The notes beneath the pieces were generated by a model. It ran no database searches and was not told the origin of the DNA. It saw only the letters and a program-made list of their open reading frames with translations. Source: Candidatus Caldarchaeum sp. (GTDB taxonomy: Archaea; Thermoproteota; Nitrososphaeria_A; Caldarchaeales; Caldarchaeaceae). Taken from it: a stretch of DNA of 64,000 bases. Position 1 is the stretch's first letter; the number at the start of each line of letters is the position of its first letter. The position numbers and the translations under genes are program-made. The DNA is taken from assembly GCA_038831915.1 (NCBI GenBank), contig JAWBKB010000006.1, forward strand, positions 1 to 64,000, given 5' to 3'. Positions 60,137 through 64,000 of the stretch are shown piece after piece.

Positions 60137-60871
60137 TCACCTGCTAAGAATGCTTTTTACAAATTTTTCGGTTTTCTCTTCGAATTCCGTTCTAATGCTT
60201 GAAGCTTTAACATCGTCAACCTCAAGCACAAGCGCCTTGATTTTATCGTAGCCAAGCTTGTTAACCAATACGTTGAAGAGCTTGACACCGCTAACAAGCT
60301 CGAATAGCCCGTTTTCGAGAGGTCTTACCACGACCGGTCCAAGAATCTCAGCGAACTGCGCGAGTATTTCATATTCTTCTTCGGTGAGCGAAGTTCCGAG
60401 ATACGGGGGGACCACCAATTTCGCGACGGGAATCTCAGCCAACGTTCCCACGACGTTTGCGTCGAGCACTTCCGCTTTTTCAGACATCCATTCATTTAGC
60501 ATGAGACGGTCTTTGTCGCCGAAATAGCCGTGCCACCATTTCAAACTCTCCAATACCAGCTTCTCCAACTCAGAGGCTATCTGACTGTTTTCACCTGATA
60601 TTTTGTGATTTGACAAAACCATGACGAAAGATTTTTTCGAGGGTTCTGCTGTCTTGTCGGTTTTCACGAGGAGCTGCGGCTTCACCGAGGTCAAAATCAC
60701 GTCCATAAAAATTTGGTTGCCTTGCTTGTCTGTTCCTAGGTTTAACCTGACTGAAAGTCGTTCTTTTCCCTTAAGCTTGTCGATGAGATATTCTCGCAGC
60801 CTTTCATACATCACCATCGTATAGATGAACTGGCCCAGCTTGGATTCGAATTCGTCGAAGCCGTAACTCAT
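60137..60871 (-). CDS. Hypothetical protein with C-terminal degenerate ParB/Srx-like domain
   Basis: LGPVVVRPLENGLFELVSGVKLFNVL...LG...IKALV matches the ParB-N pattern, but the GxRR patch reads GVKL. Confidence 0.6.
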   Translation of the reverse strand: MSYGFDEFESKLGQFIYTMVMYERLREYLIDKLKGKERLSVRLNLGTDKQGNQIFMDVILTSVKPQLLVKTDKTAEPSKKSFVMVLSNHKISGENSQIASELEKLVLESLKWWHGYFGDKDRLMLNEWMSEKAEVLDANVVGTLAEIPVAKLVVPPYLGTSLTEEEYEILAQFAEILGPVVVRPLENGLFELVSGVKLFNVLVNKLGYDKIKALVLEVDDVKASSIRTEFEEKTEKFVKSILSR

Positions 60872-61021
60872 CTACGGAGCCTTCTCGATGTATTTGAGAA
60901 CTCCGATTTGGATGGAGTTGTGGTGGATGTAGGTGTATTCGTCGGAAACCGGCATCAGCGTCGCTTCGCAAACTGGAAGATAGGGCTCTTCAATTTCTTG
61001 CTGCTGCAGCTTTTCCTGCAT
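60872..61021 (-). CDS. Small hypothetical protein (49 aa)
   Basis: Below the ORF-track cutoff: MQEKLQQQEIEEPYLPVCEATLMPVSDEYTYIHHNSIQIGVLKYIEKAP. Its TAG abuts the next ATG; TTATATAA lies about 25 nt upstream. Confidence 0.6.
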   Translation of the reverse strand: MQEKLQQQEIEEPYLPVCEATLMPVSDEYTYIHHNSIQIGVLKYIEKAP

Positions 61022-61109
61022 GCGGGCAAAAGCATGCCGAAGTTATATAAGCGTTTACCAACAACATAACAAGTAACAATTAATTAGCCGAAGGCGGAAA
61101 AATAAATCG

Positions 61110-61976
61110 TTGAAAATCGTAAAAGGCCCTGCGTCGAAGGAGCTTGCCGAGAAGATTGCGAGGTTTACCTCCGCTGAAGCGGTGGATGTCGCCGATAGAT
61201 TTTTCCCCGACGGCGAATCATATGTAAGAATTCTCGGACGCCTCGACCAAGAAGACGTGATACTCGTTCAAGGACTTCATCCACCTCAGGACACCAACCT
61301 TCTCCGATTACTTCTATTAGCCGAAGCCGCAAAGGGATTAGGAGCAAAAAAGGTCAAAGCCGTGGTCCCGTATTTCGCCTACGCGAGACAGGACAAAAGA
61401 TTTCTCGAAGGAGAGCCCGTCAGCGTGCATATTTTACTTGATTGCTTGAAGGCTGTGGGAATCGACGAAGTTCTGACCGTCAACATTCATTCACCATGGG
61501 TTGCAAGAGAATCCCCAGTCAAACTGACCAACATAGATTGCAGCGGGCTGCTCGCCTCCTATGTCATTCAGGCAGGTGTTGAGAAGCCTTTCGTGGTTTC
61601 GCCTGGGAAAAAAGGAAGTGAAATGGCTGAAGCCGTCGCATCGGTTCTTGAGTCTGATTACGGCGTCGTGAAGACTTCGAGAAATCCTGAGACAGGCGAA
61701 GTCACCGTGTCTGCTGAAAACGTTCCTTTCGATAGGGAGTTTGTTGTGGTTGATGACGTCATAAGCACAGGCACAACCATCGTCAAAGCCATCCAACTTC
61801 TGAAACAATTTAGGCCGTCGAAGATCATCGTTGTAGCTGTTCACGGCCTTTTCGTCCAGTCAGCGGCTGAAAAAATTCTTGCAGCCGGCGCAAACGTTGT
61901 GATGACAACTGACACCGTTCCGAACCCCTTCGCCTACGCATCAGTAGCTGGGTTAATCGCTTCTCACCTCGGTTAA
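61110..61976 (+). CDS. prs: Ribose-phosphate pyrophosphokinase
   Basis: FPDGE, PYFAYARQDK, VVVDDVISTGTT, HGLF, TDTV. Confidence 0.95.
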   Translation: MKIVKGPASKELAEKIARFTSAEAVDVADRFFPDGESYVRILGRLDQEDVILVQGLHPPQDTNLLRLLLLAEAAKGLGAKKVKAVVPYFAYARQDKRFLEGEPVSVHILLDCLKAVGIDEVLTVNIHSPWVARESPVKLTNIDCSGLLASYVIQAGVEKPFVVSPGKKGSEMAEAVASVLESDYGVVKTSRNPETGEVTVSAENVPFDREFVVVDDVISTGTTIVKAIQLLKQFRPSKIIVVAVHGLFVQSAAEKILAAGANVVMTTDTVPNPFAYASVAGLIASHLG

Positions 61977-63001
61977 TGGGGTTGCCGGTTTTCTTTCTAC
62001 TATCCGGAGAAAACCCAGCTCTTTCCGCCGCAGAGCTACAGCATTTGTTAACAATCTACATATCCAATCCATCCTTCAAAATAATTGATGAAAGAATCGC
62101 TGTGGCGGAGGTAGGTGATGAAGTCGCTAAAAAAATCGTGTTCAGAGCGGCGTACACAAAAGCCGCGGCAAAACTAATCGCTCAAGGAGTTTCAACCGAG
62201 GACTTGGCGTTTCGGCCTGACTGGCGTGAGCTTTGCCAAGATTTTCACACGTTTGAAGTATCCGTTGTGAAGCTTGGTGAAACTTATGTGCATTCGGTCG
62301 AAGTTGAAAAACAAATTGCCAAACACATACTTTCGGAGCTACCTCATCTAAGGATAAATCTATCAAACCCTGAAGTAACTTTCCTAACAGCCGTATCCGC
62401 TGGTCACGTAGCTGTAGGAAGGCTTATCGCTTCTAAGCCGAAACTTTTCTTCGCCGACAGAAAGGCAGGAATAAGGCCGTTCAGAATTCCGTCAGCGTTA
62501 CAGCCTAAGCTCGCACGCTGTCTGGTCAATCTTTCAGTGTTAAACGATAGCTCAAAAGTTTTGGACCCTTTCGCCGGCTCAGGCGCCGTGGTTGTCGAAG
62601 CTGGTTTGATGGGACATGAATCCGTTGGAATTGAGCTCAAAACATGGATATCTGAAGGGATGAAACGAAACGTGGAAACCTACAGTCATTCAACATGTCA
62701 CGTGATTCAGGCGGATTCACGGCATCTTCCATTCAGGAAGGCTTTCGACTCCGTTGCCACCGACCCACCTTACGGCCGCTCTGCAACACTTGCCGGAATG
62801 TCTTTCAAAACCCTTTTCAAACGATTTGCCGAGGAGGTGTTGAACATTCTGAACCAAAAGGCTCGAATAGCTGTGACTGTGCCAACCACGTACTACAGCG
62901 ATTTAATCGATGCGTGTGAAGGATTTAGGCATGAGGCGTATTTCGATTTGTATGTTCATAAAAGCTTGACGCGGCGTGTCGTGGTGATTGTTCATGAGTG
63001 A
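61976..63001 (+). CDS. THUMP-domain tRNA guanine N2-methyltransferase (Trm11/Trm-G10-like)
   Basis: LSGENP.L..AEL, P.LARCLVNLS, LDPFAGSG, ATDPPYGRS. Confidence 0.88.
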   Translation: MGLPVFFLLSGENPALSAAELQHLLTIYISNPSFKIIDERIAVAEVGDEVAKKIVFRAAYTKAAAKLIAQGVSTEDLAFRPDWRELCQDFHTFEVSVVKLGETYVHSVEVEKQIAKHILSELPHLRINLSNPEVTFLTAVSAGHVAVGRLIASKPKLFFADRKAGIRPFRIPSALQPKLARCLVNLSVLNDSSKVLDPFAGSGAVVVEAGLMGHESVGIELKTWISEGMKRNVETYSHSTCHVIQADSRHLPFRKAFDSVATDPPYGRSATLAGMSFKTLFKRFAEEVLNILNQKARIAVTVPTTYYSDLIDACEGFRHEAYFDLYVHKSLTRRVVVIVHE

Positions 63002-63908
63002 AATGCGGCTGGTCTTTCTCGGCACAAGTGGTGGGATGCCGACGAAGAAACGTGGTTTACCAGCAGTAGCCGTGCGTATGAAGTCGTCACTCATCCTGTT
63101 TGACTGCGGAGAAGGCACACAACGACAATTTCTACAAGCCGGAATCGGACTAAAGCCCGGATTTCACATATTCCTAAGCCATTTACATGGCGACCACGTC
63201 CTTGGGATTCCCGGAATGCTTTTCACACTTTCCATGAACGGGAGAAAGGAAGAAGTCAACATCTACGGCCCGCATCAAACACTTGATTTCCTCAAAGCAG
63301 TTCTCCGACCTCAGTTCGGCAGCCTGTCCTTCAAAGTCATCGGGCACGAAATGGAGCCAGGAGACACTGTTCGAATCGACAACGTAACAGTATCCTGTTT
63401 CCAAACAGACCACACAACCTATTCACTCGGATATGTGTTGAAAGAAGATGAACGGCCGGGAAAGATGAGGCAAGAATTCCTTGATTCTTTGGGTGTTCCA
63501 CGCGGACCTCTCTGGGGGCGGCTACAGCGAGGTGAATCAATTACATTCGGGGGACGTGTGATAACGCCTGATGAAGCGATGGAGCCTCCCAAACCGGGGA
63601 GAAAAATTGTTTACACGGGCGACACCCGTCCATGTGAAGCCGTTGTCCAAGCATCGCGGCAAGCCGACGTATTAATCCACGACGCGACTTTTGAAAGCAA
63701 GCTAAGAGCCAAAGCCTTGGAGGAGGGCCATTCAACGGCTGAGGACGCGGCCATAGCTGCTGCGAAAGCTTCCGTGAGACGACTTTATCTTTTCCATATC
63801 AGCCCTCGATATGAGGAGACGGATTTGCTGTTGATCGAGGCACGAGCTGTTTTTCCCGAATCCTATGTAGCCGAGGACTTTATGATCTACGTAGTCCCGT
63901 TGCGTTAA
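62994..63908 (+). CDS. rnz: Ribonuclease Z
   Basis: FLGTSG..P...R, DCGEGTQ, SHLHGDH, GP exosite, YTGDT, HDATF, HST, HISPRY. Confidence 0.95.
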   Translation: MSEMRLVFLGTSGGMPTKKRGLPAVAVRMKSSLILFDCGEGTQRQFLQAGIGLKPGFHIFLSHLHGDHVLGIPGMLFTLSMNGRKEEVNIYGPHQTLDFLKAVLRPQFGSLSFKVIGHEMEPGDTVRIDNVTVSCFQTDHTTYSLGYVLKEDERPGKMRQEFLDSLGVPRGPLWGRLQRGESITFGGRVITPDEAMEPPKPGRKIVYTGDTRPCEAVVQASRQADVLIHDATFESKLRAKALEEGHSTAEDAAIAAAKASVRRLYLFHISPRYEETDLLLIEARAVFPESYVAEDFMIYVVPLR

Positions 63909-63910
63909 TT

Positions 63911-64000
63911 TTATTCCGTCAGCCAGTTTATCAGCTCGTTTGGTTGAGTAGTTTCCACGATGACTTCGATAGGCCCAAGTGCCATCACTTCGCCTTTCTC
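63911..64000 (-). CDS. 3' end of an unidentified gene running off the right edge
   Basis: ...EKGEVMALGPIEVIVETTQPNELINWLTE-TAA, convergent with rnz. Confidence 0.5.
   Translation of the reverse strand, partial: EKGEVMALGPIEVIVETTQPNELINWLTE

Overview
Gene-dense archaeal chromosomal window. The gene set (TFB, aIF1/SUI1, PCNA, RFC-S/L, Cdc6/Orc1, GINS-MCM-Hel308, archaeal SAM synthetase, Sm protein, intron-containing tRNAs with BHB motifs, plus grpE-dnaK-dnaJ) points to a TACK lineage, most plausibly Aigarchaeota/Caldarchaeales (inference). It is mostly housekeeping: no transposase, integrase or CRISPR array was seen. Features read directly from the sequence and missing from the ORF track are: a class II photolyase cut by the left edge; tRNA-Glu(CTC); tRNA-Pro(CGG) with one non-canonical intron; tRNA-Arg(CCT) with two non-canonical introns and a 20-bp duplication; a C/D-box sRNA whose D guide fits the tRNA-Leu(CAA) wobble base; and a 49-codon ORF heading an operon with a degenerate ParB-like protein and a dual-specificity phosphatase. 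Two enzyme genes are each broken by a single in-frame TAA, and a decayed Ca2+/Na+ antiporter lies inside the dnaK operon. A glycosylation locus carries a degenerate nucleotide-sugar dehydrogenase and a protein with ribophorin-I-like architecture. A 77-nt four-way-junction element lies upstream of grpE. All product calls come from motif recognition by eye; no searches were run.
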